A DNA stretch of 54,320 nucleotides from a virus (lineage: Duplodnaviria > Caudoviricetes). The position numbers were made by a program, and so were the translations under genes. Below the pieces are notes generated by a model. It was not told the origin of the DNA, searched no databases, and was given only the letters and a program-made list of their open reading frames with translations. Shown in pieces: positions 45,571 through 54,320 of the stretch (the stretch's first letter is position 1; the number at the start of each line of letters is the position of its first letter). The stretch is taken from the IMG/VR virus record IMGVR_UViG_3300008255_000157, positions 1-54,320 of that record. One strand, written 5' to 3'.

Positions 45571-45945
45571 ATGACCCAGACCAAGAACACGCGACCCACC
45601 TTCAACAACCTCCGCGCCGGCGACCAGGTCCTGGTGCGGGGCCAGGGATCGGGCGGGAACGAAGACCTGGCGGTCACCTTCCTCGGCTTCAGCGACCTGA
45701 CCCAGTACGGAGCGGGCGGCGCGACTTTCCGCAACCTCAAGGCCGTCAAGAAATGGCACGGCTGCAAGACGCTCAAGGACATCGAGGCGATGCAGGACCG
45801 CCACGCGTACGGGATCGGGATCTACGCCTGGTTCGAGGACAGCGAAGGCGGCGAGACCACGCGCTGGAGCGCGTACCTCTTCGACGGGCGCTGGTGCCTC
45901 GGCACGAGCGCGGACGTGTGTCGGCTCGCCGCGATCGAGGACTGA
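45571..45945 (+). CDS. Hypothetical early protein
   Basis: GGAGA RBS downstream of the promoter. Confidence 0.75.
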   Translation: MTQTKNTRPTFNNLRAGDQVLVRGQGSGGNEDLAVTFLGFSDLTQYGAGGATFRNLKAVKKWHGCKTLKDIEAMQDRHAYGIGIYAWFEDSEGGETTRWSAYLFDGRWCLGTSADVCRLAAIED

Positions 45946-45947
45946 AC

Positions 45948-46289
45948 ATGAGCATCACGATCAACGCGGCCGAATACTGCGTACACCGGAACGGGCCGAT
46001 CATTTCGATGGTGACAGGCTCGCCCGAGCTGGACATCGCGAACGGGAACTTCTTCACGCTATTCAGCGCGCTCGGCCTCGGCACCTGCTACGCCGGCCAC
46101 ATGGATGTGAGGACGATGCGGTGCGCACTGGACCGCTTCGACCCCGCGCTGGCGCAGCGGGCTGGGCGTGAAGAGGGCCGGTACTTCGAGCAAGGGATCG
46201 ACGCGGATCGGATCGCTCGCTACGTCAAGGCGCTGCGCGCCATCCTTGCCTTCGCGACAGAGCGTGGAGCTTTCATCGCATGGTCATGA
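45948..46289 (+). CDS. Hypothetical protein
   Basis: GAGG RBS; E...ANGN...L...LGL. Confidence 0.7.
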   Translation: MSITINAAEYCVHRNGPIISMVTGSPELDIANGNFFTLFSALGLGTCYAGHMDVRTMRCALDRFDPALAQRAGREEGRYFEQGIDADRIARYVKALRAILAFATERGAFIAWS

Positions 46290-46477
46290 CGCGAACCATT
46301 CAGGACCAGGCCTACTACCGTGACTTCCTGTTGCGGGCCGCAACGGTGCTGCCCTGGGACTGTATGCAGTTCGCGGCCGACGAGGCTGGCTTTATCCTTG
46401 TACCGAAGCACAAAACGCTGGAACGTTTCACACCACTGGTCGGGGCGGACCCCGACAAGAACCCGATAGGAGCCTGA
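46286..46477 (+). CDS. Hypothetical protein
   Basis: ATGA coupling. Confidence 0.55.
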   Translation: MTRTIQDQAYYRDFLLRAATVLPWDCMQFAADEAGFILVPKHKTLERFTPLVGADPDKNPIGA

Positions 46478-46480
46478 GCC

Positions 46481-47704
46481 ATGACGGATCCGATCATCCA
46501 CGCCGAGTACAGCCGCAGCCCTTGGAGCGGGCGAGGCAATCTGAAACAGCTCGTGGACGAGCTGCAGCGCCAGAAAGAGAACACGTTCGATTTCGTCTCG
46601 GACTGCCGCAACCTGGCCGTCGAGGTCAGGCCTGGCCTGAACGACGAGCCGATCCCGTTCTTGATGGCTGCCCAGACCGCGGATCCGCGCCTGCACGAGT
46701 GGCTGCCGCGCGACGGCGCACCGATCTCGAAGAGCGCGGTTGCCGACATCTGTCTGCGGCTCAAGCCACTCGTGCCGATCAAGTTCGCGCGTGCCCTGAT
46801 CGAGGACAAGCCGCTTGTTGCTGCTGACCTCCTCTCCCAGCTCCTACTGACGGGCAAGAGCACGAATCTGGTGCGCATGCTCGACGGGAAGGTTCGGGCA
46901 TTCCTCAGCGATCGCTACCAGCCGCTCGACAACTACACGCTGGCGTTCAATGCGATGGAGGTGGCGAAGAGCGTCAGTGCCGAGATCATCGAGGCGAGCA
47001 TTGGCGAGCACCACATGCGGATCAAGTTCACGTCGCGCCAGCTCTGGGGAGCCGTCAACGACCTGAAGCAGGGCGATCGCAGCAGCTGGTACACGGGCGG
47101 GCTCGGCAACCAGGACCACCTCAGACGGGTCGGTGCCAGGACGCGCGGCGACATGCCGGGCGGGCCCGGCACGATCCACCCGGTCGTGACGATCGAGAAC
47201 AGCGAGACCGGCAAGGGCGGGCTCCATGTCCGGGTCGGAATCATGCAGGCGGTCTGCTTCAACCTGGCGACGGTCGAGAGCGTGGTCTCGAACATCCATC
47301 TCGGCTCGCGTATCGAGGCCGGGATCTTCAGCCAGGAAACGATCCGGCTCGACGCCGAGACGGTGATGAGCAAGGCGAGCGACGCGATCGCGACGGCGTT
47401 CAACTCGGACCGTTTCGACGCGCTGGTCGCCAAGGTGAATGGCGCGAATGCGGTCGCGATCAAGCCGGTCGAGGCGGTGAACTTCGCGGTTCAGGAGAAC
47501 GTCATTACGGAGACGCAGAAGGACGCGCTGCTCGCGCACTTCATGGGCGAGAGCGCGGGCGGGATGGTCGGCGACACCGCGTATGGCTTCGCCCAGGCCA
47601 TTTCTCGCCTGGCCCAGGACACCGAGGACGGCGACGACGCGTTCGCGCTGGAGGAGTTTGCGGGTAAGATCATCAACAAGCCCTCCCTCGTCGCTGCCAA
47701 ATAG
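46481..47704 (+). CDS. DUF932/DUF945-family protein
   Basis: RAFLSDRY..LDN, I.NSE.G.G, VC.N motifs; AGGAG RBS. Confidence 0.8.
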   Translation: MTDPIIHAEYSRSPWSGRGNLKQLVDELQRQKENTFDFVSDCRNLAVEVRPGLNDEPIPFLMAAQTADPRLHEWLPRDGAPISKSAVADICLRLKPLVPIKFARALIEDKPLVAADLLSQLLLTGKSTNLVRMLDGKVRAFLSDRYQPLDNYTLAFNAMEVAKSVSAEIIEASIGEHHMRIKFTSRQLWGAVNDLKQGDRSSWYTGGLGNQDHLRRVGARTRGDMPGGPGTIHPVVTIENSETGKGGLHVRVGIMQAVCFNLATVESVVSNIHLGSRIEAGIFSQETIRLDAETVMSKASDAIATAFNSDRFDALVAKVNGANAVAIKPVEAVNFAVQENVITETQKDALLAHFMGESAGGMVGDTAYGFAQAISRLAQDTEDGDDAFALEEFAGKIINKPSLVAAK

Positions 47705-47720
47705 ACCACTACCACCAGAG

Positions 47721-47754
47721 GCCTCTGCCGCTTTGTGTGCGGCAGGGGCTTTTT
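47721..47754 (+). terminator. Intrinsic terminator
   Basis: GCCTCTGCCGC pairs with GCGGCAGGGGC, followed by T5. Confidence 0.78.
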
Positions 47755-47775
47755 CATGCACGAGCGAGGAGAACG

Positions 47776-48273
47776 ATGAGCAACACAGATCCCCCCGAGA
47801 TGCTTGACGTCGAGATTAGGGGCGCGACGAAGATCTTCGACGAGGCGCCGAAGGATGTGGGGTGTATCAGTGCTTACCTGACGTTTCATGACGCGCAACG
47901 GAACGTCGTGTTCTGCCCGATCCAGCACCTCATGAACGCGCGCGGTCCGGGCAAGGATTTCATCTCGGCACTGCTGCAGCGGTTCGTGGTCGAGATGGAT
48001 GCGCGGAGTGCGGCGCTAATCGCCGAGACCTGGCACGTCGAAACACAGGTGCTGGACCGTACCAAGCTGCCGGACCAGCTCAAGGACCACCCAGGCGCTA
48101 CCGAGTGCTTGACGGTCCAGTTCTTCACGCCGAGCGGCGACTGGTTGGCACGTGCCGAGATCTGTGCTGGACGGGTGCTTGGCCCGTGGAAGATCAACAA
48201 GCCGGAAAAGAGCGAGGGGCGATTCACTAACATCTTCATGAAGGCGCGTGCATTGAAGAAGGGCGAGAACTGA
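47776..48273 (+). CDS. Hypothetical protein
   Basis: AGGAG RBS; E.W, HP...E.L and GRF motifs. Confidence 0.72.
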   Translation: MSNTDPPEMLDVEIRGATKIFDEAPKDVGCISAYLTFHDAQRNVVFCPIQHLMNARGPGKDFISALLQRFVVEMDARSAALIAETWHVETQVLDRTKLPDQLKDHPGATECLTVQFFTPSGDWLARAEICAGRVLGPWKINKPEKSEGRFTNIFMKARALKKGEN

Positions 48274-48294
48274 ATGCCGAGAACTGAATGCCGA
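48264..48294 (+). repeat. 14-bp tandem duplication CGAGAACTGAATGC x2 spanning a stop codon
   Basis: Read directly from the sequence. Confidence 0.9.
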
Positions 48295-48318
48295 ACAGCG
48301 GCCGAATCGAGCGACGAC

Positions 48319-48349
48319 GTTGCACCAAGGCCACGCGCGGTGGTAGCAT
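48319..48349 (+). promoter_or_regulatory. Promoter/operator, copy 5 (upstream of the HTH gene)
   Basis: GTTGC-ACCAAG-GCCAC-N9-TAGCAT. Confidence 0.65.
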
Positions 48350-48407
48350 TCCGAGACCTGAGCGTTGGATCAAAGATCCAAAGGACCAGGAACAAGGAGA
48401 CACCGCA

Positions 48408-48719
48408 TTGGCGACACGAGCATACGATCTTGACCAGATGCAGATTCGCGACATGGTCACGGCTCGGCTGCGCGAGCTGGGCGTGACGAACTATCAATTC
48501 GCGATGGCCTGCACCGACAAACGGCCAGGACATGGCGTGGCTTACACCTCGACGTATCGGTTCTTGAACGGTCGCAGCAACCTCAGCATCGAGAACCTGG
48601 AATGGATGATGTGGCGGCTCGGCATTCGGTTCGTGCCGGACGCAAAGGCCCGCAACGAGGAATGGGCCGAGGAGATCAAAGCTGCGGCGGACGAGGCGAT
48701 CGCCGCAACACCACGATAG
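48408..48719 (+). CDS. XRE/Cro-like helix-turn-helix regulator
   Basis: R.RELGVT.YQ.A.......YRFLNG...L....L......LG; AAGGAG RBS before TTG 48408. Confidence 0.75.
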   Translation: MATRAYDLDQMQIRDMVTARLRELGVTNYQFAMACTDKRPGHGVAYTSTYRFLNGRSNLSIENLEWMMWRLGIRFVPDAKARNEEWAEEIKAAADEAIAATPR

Positions 48720-48775
48720 TGGCCCGTTCGGGCTCGGCCCTGGATCGAACGGGCCTTTGAGCGAGGGAGGGGAAC

Positions 48776-50554
48776 GTGCCGATCAAGTACAGCCGTGTCG
48801 TCGTTAACCGGCAGCAGGGGTTTGGGAAGAAGCTGGCGCGATGGGAACAACCGAGAACGTGCGTTGGATGGTCGAGGGGCTTTGCCGACCCGCTATCGGA
48901 GGTGTTCCGCGACGCGATCAAGTCGACGGGCCTTGCCGAGTGGAACAAGCCAAAAAAGCTGTGGCACATCCCTGCTACACCGCTCGCGCTCCATGACTGC
49001 GCGGATCACATGCTTCGTGCTCTGCCCGACGAGCAGCGATCGTTCGGCGACAAAGAAACGGAAGCGTTGTGGCACCAGCCCTACGAGGTGACGTCCATCG
49101 ACATCAATGACCTCACCAACTGCGTCTTTCCGCCCTGGAAGAATCAGCTCGTCGCGTCGAACGGTGTTGGTCAGCTCGGCGGGATCCTGCTTGACTACGA
49201 TATGGGAAGCGGGAAAAGCAAACTGATCCTCGACGCGATGCGTTGCTTCGACATGCGTCGGGTCCTCGTGTTCTGCCCGGCCTCGGTCGTGAAGGTGTGG
49301 AGCTATCAGGCGCAACAGCACCTCCGGCAGAAGACGTTCCCGCACCGGATCGTCGAGTTGCGGAAAGGATCGCTTGCGGATCGTCGCAAGCAGATGGTGC
49401 GTGCACTGGCGGATGCGGACCGGGACGGAGTCAGCATTGCTCTCGTTCTGAACTTCGAGGCAGTGGCAAGCCCGTACGGGCACGGCTTACGCGACGAGAT
49501 CGCCGGCAGAGAATGGGACCTGGTCGTGGTGGACGAGTCACATCGAGTGTCGAACCACACCACGAACGTGTCGAAGTTCTTGGCCCGCCGCGTCATGCAC
49601 ATGGCACGGCACCGGGTCTGTATGAGCGGTACGCCGATGGGTTCGGGTCCGATCGACATCTTCGGACAGATGCTCTTCGTCGAGCCGGGCGTGTTCGGCG
49701 AGTCGATAACGAGATTCAGAAGTCGTTTCTGTATTATGGGTGGGTTTGAGGACAAACAGATCCTGCGCTACACCAACATGGACGAGTTCAAGCGTCGGCT
49801 CGGACGCGTCGCGCTCAAGTGCCGGATCGAAGACGTGGTTGAGCTGCCGGACGAGGTCGACGAGGAACGGCTCATTGAGATGAAGCCGGCAACGCTGAAG
49901 ATCTATCACGAGCTTCGCAAGGAGTTCATTGCCGACGTCGAGAGTGGCGTAGTGCTTGGCGACAATACGCTGACGCGACTGATCCGGTTGCAGCAGATCA
50001 CGTCGGGCTTCACCGTGATCAAGGACGAGGACGGGCGCAACGAGCGCATGGTTGAGCTGGACACGGCGAAGAGGGACGCGACGCTCGAGATTCTGCGCGA
50101 CCTGCCGCCGCATGAACCGTTCGTGGCGTTCTGTCGCTTCAAGCACGACCTGTGGGAGGTCGGTAGAGCGGCGGCGGCGACGAAGACCGTGGACATGGCT
50201 GCGCGACCTTTCTTTCTGCTCGGGGACCAGCACGACCAGATCGATGAATGGAACGCAAGCTGTGCACGCGGTGAAGGGCCGGTCTTCGCGGTGCAGATCC
50301 AGGCCGGCGGTGTCGGGATCGATCTGACCGCTGCTCGTTACGCAATCTACTACTCACTAAGCTACGATCCGCGTGACTACAACCAGAGCCGGGCCCGGAT
50401 CCATAGACCGGGCCAAGAGCGCAGCGTGATCTATTACCACCTCGTCGTGCCTGGCACGGTCGACCGCCTGATCTACAAGAGCTTGGACCGGAAGGAAAAG
50501 CTGGTGACGTTCGCGCGCGACGCGATCCTCCGGGCCGAGGACCTGGTCGCGTAG
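48776..50554 (+). CDS. SNF2-like superfamily 2 helicase
   Basis: DMGSGKS, VVDESH, SGTP, LQQI.SGF, GG.GIDLT, Q...RIHR.GQ. Confidence 0.92.
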   Translation: MPIKYSRVVVNRQQGFGKKLARWEQPRTCVGWSRGFADPLSEVFRDAIKSTGLAEWNKPKKLWHIPATPLALHDCADHMLRALPDEQRSFGDKETEALWHQPYEVTSIDINDLTNCVFPPWKNQLVASNGVGQLGGILLDYDMGSGKSKLILDAMRCFDMRRVLVFCPASVVKVWSYQAQQHLRQKTFPHRIVELRKGSLADRRKQMVRALADADRDGVSIALVLNFEAVASPYGHGLRDEIAGREWDLVVVDESHRVSNHTTNVSKFLARRVMHMARHRVCMSGTPMGSGPIDIFGQMLFVEPGVFGESITRFRSRFCIMGGFEDKQILRYTNMDEFKRRLGRVALKCRIEDVVELPDEVDEERLIEMKPATLKIYHELRKEFIADVESGVVLGDNTLTRLIRLQQITSGFTVIKDEDGRNERMVELDTAKRDATLEILRDLPPHEPFVAFCRFKHDLWEVGRAAAATKTVDMAARPFFLLGDQHDQIDEWNASCARGEGPVFAVQIQAGGVGIDLTAARYAIYYSLSYDPRDYNQSRARIHRPGQERSVIYYHLVVPGTVDRLIYKSLDRKEKLVTFARDAILRAEDLVA

Positions 50555-50763
50555 CGAGCCCTGTTTGGTCGATTTTAGGCCAGAATTGGGTGGCACGGGC
50601 AGGATCGGGGCGTGGCGGGGCCCGAGCGGCGATATTTTGGCCCAGAATCGCGCCGTGTCGCGTCCGGGCGGCCCGGTCCGACGCGGAGGGCGACCGGGTC
50701 GCCGAGGCCCGTACGGGCCAATTCTGGGCCTCTGGCGGACCGGGCCGTTCGGCCGGGCCTGAT

Positions 50764-50879
50764 GGGCCCCGAGCCCGGGCGGCCTACGCCGGGCCCCGAG
50801 CCCGGGCGGCCTACGCCGGGCCCCGAGCCCGGGCGGCCTACGCCGGGCCCCGAGCCCGGGCGGCCTACGCCGGGCCCCG
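50764..50879. repeat. 27-bp perfect tandem repeat, 4 copies plus a partial (GGGCCCCGAGCCCGGGCGGCCTACGCC)
   Basis: Read directly; lies in a ~0.5-kb very GC-rich intergenic region. Confidence 0.95.
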
Positions 50880-50987
50880 CCGGGCCCCGAGCAGGCATCG
50901 GGCGGTCCTCGGCGAGGACCGAGATCTGACGTAGCTCGCGGTGGCCGCACGGGATGCACCTGCCGTTGATGTCTCGGCGCAACTCTC

Positions 50988-51017
50988 GTTGCGTTCGCGC
51001 CACGCATTTTGTAATGT
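50988..51017 (+). promoter_or_regulatory. Promoter/operator, copy 6 (replication operon)
   Basis: GTTGC-GTTCGC-GCCAC-N8-TAATGT (TTGCGT-17-TAATGT). Confidence 0.7.
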
Positions 51018-51071
51018 GTTCGGCCCTACCGAAACGGTCTGTTCCACAGTCCCGAAAAGAGGCCTGAGCCA

Positions 51072-51629
51072 ATGGGAAGACCCGTATCGCCTCTGGAGGA
51101 GGCGTACGTCGCGGCCGGCTTCGAGGGCGCGTGCCCCGAGCCCGCCATGCTCGACAATGACGAGCTTGTCGCCGTCTACATCGAGCTGAATCGGCTGAAG
51201 AAAGAGGCGAAGGCGCGTGCCGACGCCGTCTCTTCGGCCTGTACCTTGCTCGACCCACTCGTGGTCGAGTCGTTCCAAGAACTCGGCAAACAGAGTGATC
51301 GACGCGCGGGTGGGCTGGTCTACCTGCAAGAGGACCGCTGGCCAGTCGTTGTCGCGGACGATCTGATCAAGGCGCTGCCACCCAACGCAACGAAGGAGAT
51401 GCAAGCGGAAGCGGTGGCGGAAGCGAAGGAGCGCGCTCTGGACGCGCTCGCATCGGATGCTCGCACGAAGCATTTGGTCAAGCTCGGATACAACGTGCAG
51501 ACCTTGCGCTCCTATCTGATCAAGGAGTGCGAGACCGATCCGGAGACGTTGGAACTGGTCATGCCCGACCACCTCGAAGGGAAGATGCGAGTGGTGGGCG
51601 AGTTCAAGGCGAGAGTGAGGAAATCGTAG
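51072..51629 (+). CDS. Hypothetical replication-module protein
   Basis: Coiled N-terminus, L.K..YN.QTL.SY.KE; start uncertain. Confidence 0.75.
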   Translation: MGRPVSPLEEAYVAAGFEGACPEPAMLDNDELVAVYIELNRLKKEAKARADAVSSACTLLDPLVVESFQELGKQSDRRAGGLVYLQEDRWPVVVADDLIKALPPNATKEMQAEAVAEAKERALDALASDARTKHLVKLGYNVQTLRSYLIKECETDPETLELVMPDHLEGKMRVVGEFKARVRKS

Positions 51630-52466
51630 ATGGCAAAGAAAGAAGAGTCGCGCGAGGTAGCGAGGATGGAATCGCGCGCGGTCGTTCCGTACACGGGTCC
51701 AACCTACGAGTTGGCGAAACACGATCCCGATGAGCTGAAGGAGCTGTTCGAAGCGAACCTGGGCGATGGCGAGACCATTGGCGAGTTCGACTTCGAACGG
51801 ATCAACGTCCCTGCCGGCGGCGCGCTGGCCTGGAGCGTGCCCGACATCAATGGCGAGCCAGAACAGGTCAAAGAGATCAACGGGATCATGCTCCATAGCG
51901 GTCGGCGAAGAGCGTTCTGGAAGATTCCGTTCAGCGACAGTGGGGGCGGATCGCCGCCGGACTGCTCGAGCAGGGACGGCAAGGTTGGCAGGGGTTGGAT
52001 CCGCGGCGAGAGTGTGGAGACCCATCCAGAGCCGACGCGACGCCCATGTGATACCTGTCCGATGTCTCAGTGGGGATCGAAGCTCCCGGACGAACCGAAG
52101 GACAACCAGCAGGCGTGCAACGACCGTCGCATTATCGCGCTGGCACGGCAAGGCGACATGCTGCCGCTCGTGATCGACCTTGCCCCGACAAGCATAAAGC
52201 CACTCAAGAAGTTTCTCACCAACATGGTGGGACAAGGTCTCAACGTTCACCGCACACCGATCAGGCTGCGTCTGAAGAAGGAAGAGAGCCGTATGGGCAT
52301 TCCGCATAGCGTGGTGATGCCGTGCGTCCAGCTCGAGGGCAATCCGCCCATGCCCGTACAGCTTTCAGACAAAGACTTCGAACGCATGAAGGCCGCGGCT
52401 GCCGCGTTCAAGCCGATCTTCGCCACGATCGAGGTGGTCCAAGAGACCGCCAACGAACCCTCGTAA
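51630..52466 (+). CDS. Putative Zn-binding ssDNA-binding/annealing protein
   Basis: RI.VP.GG...W, PPDCSS.DG..G, C..CP..QWGS, AC, L.PTS.K; located between helicase and primase. Confidence 0.6.
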   Translation: MAKKEESREVARMESRAVVPYTGPTYELAKHDPDELKELFEANLGDGETIGEFDFERINVPAGGALAWSVPDINGEPEQVKEINGIMLHSGRRRAFWKIPFSDSGGGSPPDCSSRDGKVGRGWIRGESVETHPEPTRRPCDTCPMSQWGSKLPDEPKDNQQACNDRRIIALARQGDMLPLVIDLAPTSIKPLKKFLTNMVGQGLNVHRTPIRLRLKKEESRMGIPHSVVMPCVQLEGNPPMPVQLSDKDFERMKAAAAAFKPIFATIEVVQETANEPS

Positions 52467-52481
52467 CAATCTCCTCGCTAC

Positions 52482-52518
52482 GCCGGACCGCGTAGCCTTG
52501 CGCGGTCCGGCACTTTTC
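52482..52518 (+). terminator. Terminator/attenuator before the primase gene
   Basis: GCCGGACCGCG pairs with CGCGGTCCGGC, followed by ACTTTT. Confidence 0.65.
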
Positions 52519-52544
52519 GTGGTGCCGGTGGAGATTGAAGAGGA

Positions 52545-54320
52545 ATGAGGAGCTTGGAGGAGCGCCGAGCCGAGGTTCGGTGGTACCTAAACGCACTGTT
52601 CGAGATGGCATGCGAAGAAGGGTACTTCTTCGTCATCTTCTGCTTGCCTTCTCGAGTGTCGTGCTCGTTCAGCGCGGTCACCGACGAAGCCGTGGACTTC
52701 GTCATGGACCAGTGCGATCGGCTCGGACAGGACGTGTACGCGACGTCGGGCGTGTTCGCGAAGGCACCGTCGAAGCGAAGTCGCGGCTTGGAACGTGACG
52801 TGGCCGCTCTACAGGCGCTCTTCGCTGACATCGATGTGAAGAAGCGCGGCGCGACGAAGCGGTACCCGCCCTCGATCAAGACCGCGCTGAAGAAGATCTG
52901 CGTGATCGGTCCACACAAGCCGTCGTTTTACGTCCTGACCGGCGGCGGCATTCATCCGTACTGGCTGTTCATGGAACTGCTCCTGATGGCAGACAGCAAA
53001 GCCAGGATGGAGGCGAAGAAGCTGCTCGCAAAGGTCAATGCGACGCACCAGGAGATGGCGCGCGCCTCGAATTGGGAAATCGACTCGATCCGCGACCTGT
53101 GCCGTGTCCTGCGCGTGCCTGGCACGAAGAATCACAAGTACCTGGTCGACGGCGAACCGGTCGACGTGATCCTGGTCAAGGAGAGCGACACGCCGCAAGC
53201 CTTTGCGGCGGACGATTTCGACGACTACGTTGTTGCCCTCGACATGGTGCCAAGCTCTGGGCCGACCTACAGCCCACACGTCGGGATGCTCGACATGAGC
53301 CCAGACGCGTCGCTGTCGGACGACACGGTCAGAGCCGTGTGTAGCGTGGACGAGGAGTTCGAGACGATCTGGAACTTCGCAAGGCAGGATTTCGGTTCCG
53401 ACGTCAGCAAGTACGACCTCGCCATCGCCAACAAGCTCGCGGCGGCGCAGTGGACGCCGCAACAGATCGCTGACGCGATCACACATTTCAGACGCGACAA
53501 GGCGGGCAAGCCGAAGCTGCGTCTGGACTACTACCAACGCACCATTGCCAAAGCGATCGAAGGGGTCCAGGTAACGAAGGGCGAGGAGACGATCAAGTCT
53601 CGCGAGCTGCTCTCGATGACGAGCCAGGACGCGGATGGCCAGACCACCGTCGACGATGTGACGCGCAACGAGATCAAGAACCAGCTTCGAAGCGTTCTCA
53701 AGCTGAACGTGGACGTGCTTCGGCAGAGCGGTCGCGACAAGGCGCATTACCAGCTCGGCATTAGCGTTGAAGGAGGTACGGATTTGGTCGATATCGGAGC
53801 GGTGCGAAATCTACGCACGTATAACGATGTTTCGGATCGGATCTTGGAGCATTTTGGTGTGCATATCCGGAGCGAGGCCAGGGGCATTTGGGAAGATGTC
53901 GTTGACCACATGCTTCGGCTGCGCGAGCTGAAGAAGGGCGATGGCCAGAGCGGTACTGGAACGTTCAGCGATCAGCTCAAGTCGGAGATCGCTCGCTACT
54001 GCGCCTCGGTCGGGGTCCGGCATGGTCACGACGCGGCGAAGCTGGCCGTGATCCACGGCTCGCCGTTCATGCGCGACGGACAGGTCTACGTCTCGTGGGA
54101 GGTCTTCGCCGAGCACATGCGCGTGAGCAAACGATCGTTCTGGCGGACCAAGCACGAGGGGCAGGCCTACTTCGCCTCGGCCTCGACCGCGGACTGGTCG
54201 ACGCTCGAGCAGGTTCAGATCGATCGGAAGCGGCACTCGGCTCGGTACTGGCCATTCGTGGCCAACGGGCTCGTCGATTCGGACCACGACGAAGGCGACG
54301 ATGAGAGCGACGATGAGTAG
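52545..54320 (+). CDS. RepB-type (AEP superfamily) primase with helical-bundle domain
   Basis: LFADID, TGGGIH.YW, D..RVLRVPGT.N.K; S..D......L...W...QI...DY..RTI.KA. Confidence 0.85.
   Translation: MRSLEERRAEVRWYLNALFEMACEEGYFFVIFCLPSRVSCSFSAVTDEAVDFVMDQCDRLGQDVYATSGVFAKAPSKRSRGLERDVAALQALFADIDVKKRGATKRYPPSIKTALKKICVIGPHKPSFYVLTGGGIHPYWLFMELLLMADSKARMEAKKLLAKVNATHQEMARASNWEIDSIRDLCRVLRVPGTKNHKYLVDGEPVDVILVKESDTPQAFAADDFDDYVVALDMVPSSGPTYSPHVGMLDMSPDASLSDDTVRAVCSVDEEFETIWNFARQDFGSDVSKYDLAIANKLAAAQWTPQQIADAITHFRRDKAGKPKLRLDYYQRTIAKAIEGVQVTKGEETIKSRELLSMTSQDADGQTTVDDVTRNEIKNQLRSVLKLNVDVLRQSGRDKAHYQLGISVEGGTDLVDIGAVRNLRTYNDVSDRILEHFGVHIRSEARGIWEDVVDHMLRLRELKKGDGQSGTGTFSDQLKSEIARYCASVGVRHGHDAAKLAVIHGSPFMRDGQVYVSWEVFAEHMRVSKRSFWRTKHEGQAYFASASTADWSTLEQVQIDRKRHSARYWPFVANGLVDSDHDEGDDESDDE

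Noticed and set aside
48288-48407. N-terminal extension of the HTH gene from ATG 48288
   Set aside because: That ATG lies within the 14-bp duplication; a promoter/operator and an AAGGAG RBS inside this stretch favour a start at 48408
50764-50879. CRISPR array
   Set aside because: The repeats are head-to-tail with no spacers, and there are no cas genes
50565-50934. ORFs spanning the 27-bp repeat (PGPEPGRPT / GPRARAAYA repeats)
   Set aside because: Open frames are expected in stop-poor GC-rich repeats; there is no RBS and the composition is unlike the real genes
1-54320. Frequent GCGATCGC/CGATCG/TCGA as a cyanobacterial HIP1 signal or methylation target
   Set aside because: Plausibly explained by ATC/GTC/CTC-GAN codon bias in GC-rich genes; a Markov-corrected count is needed and was not run

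Overview
This window looks like a near-complete ~54 kb, GC-rich, long-tailed (siphovirus-type) bacteriophage genome, with all but one credible gene on the + strand. Gene order: promoter/leader/terminator; VRR-NUC nuclease; lysis cassette (lipoprotein with C-terminal TM, holin, no recognisable endolysin); small genes including a TYW3-like protein; ParB-fused DNA methyltransferase interrupted by an intein; terminases; portal; MuF head protein; scaffold; P22-type capsid; head-tail connectors; tail tube; tail chaperone with a -1 frameshift; tape measure; tail-tip proteins with lectin (LamG) domains and a duplicated adaptor cassette; ~15 kb of small early genes; replication genes (SNF2-like helicase, 27-bp tandem repeats, putative SSB, RepB-type primase). 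I saw no integrase, DNA polymerase, reverse transcriptase, tRNA or CRISPR array. The most notable signals are a six-copy GT(G/T)GC-N6-GCCAC promoter-operator family, an attenuator-like leader before the late operon, an intein with a GIY-YIG-like insert, a structured RNA candidate with an anticodon-arm mimic, nested repeat domains in tail proteins, a peptide/adaptor/lectin cassette, and clustered gene disruptions in the early region. Family assignments come from motif recognition by eye; no database searches were run.
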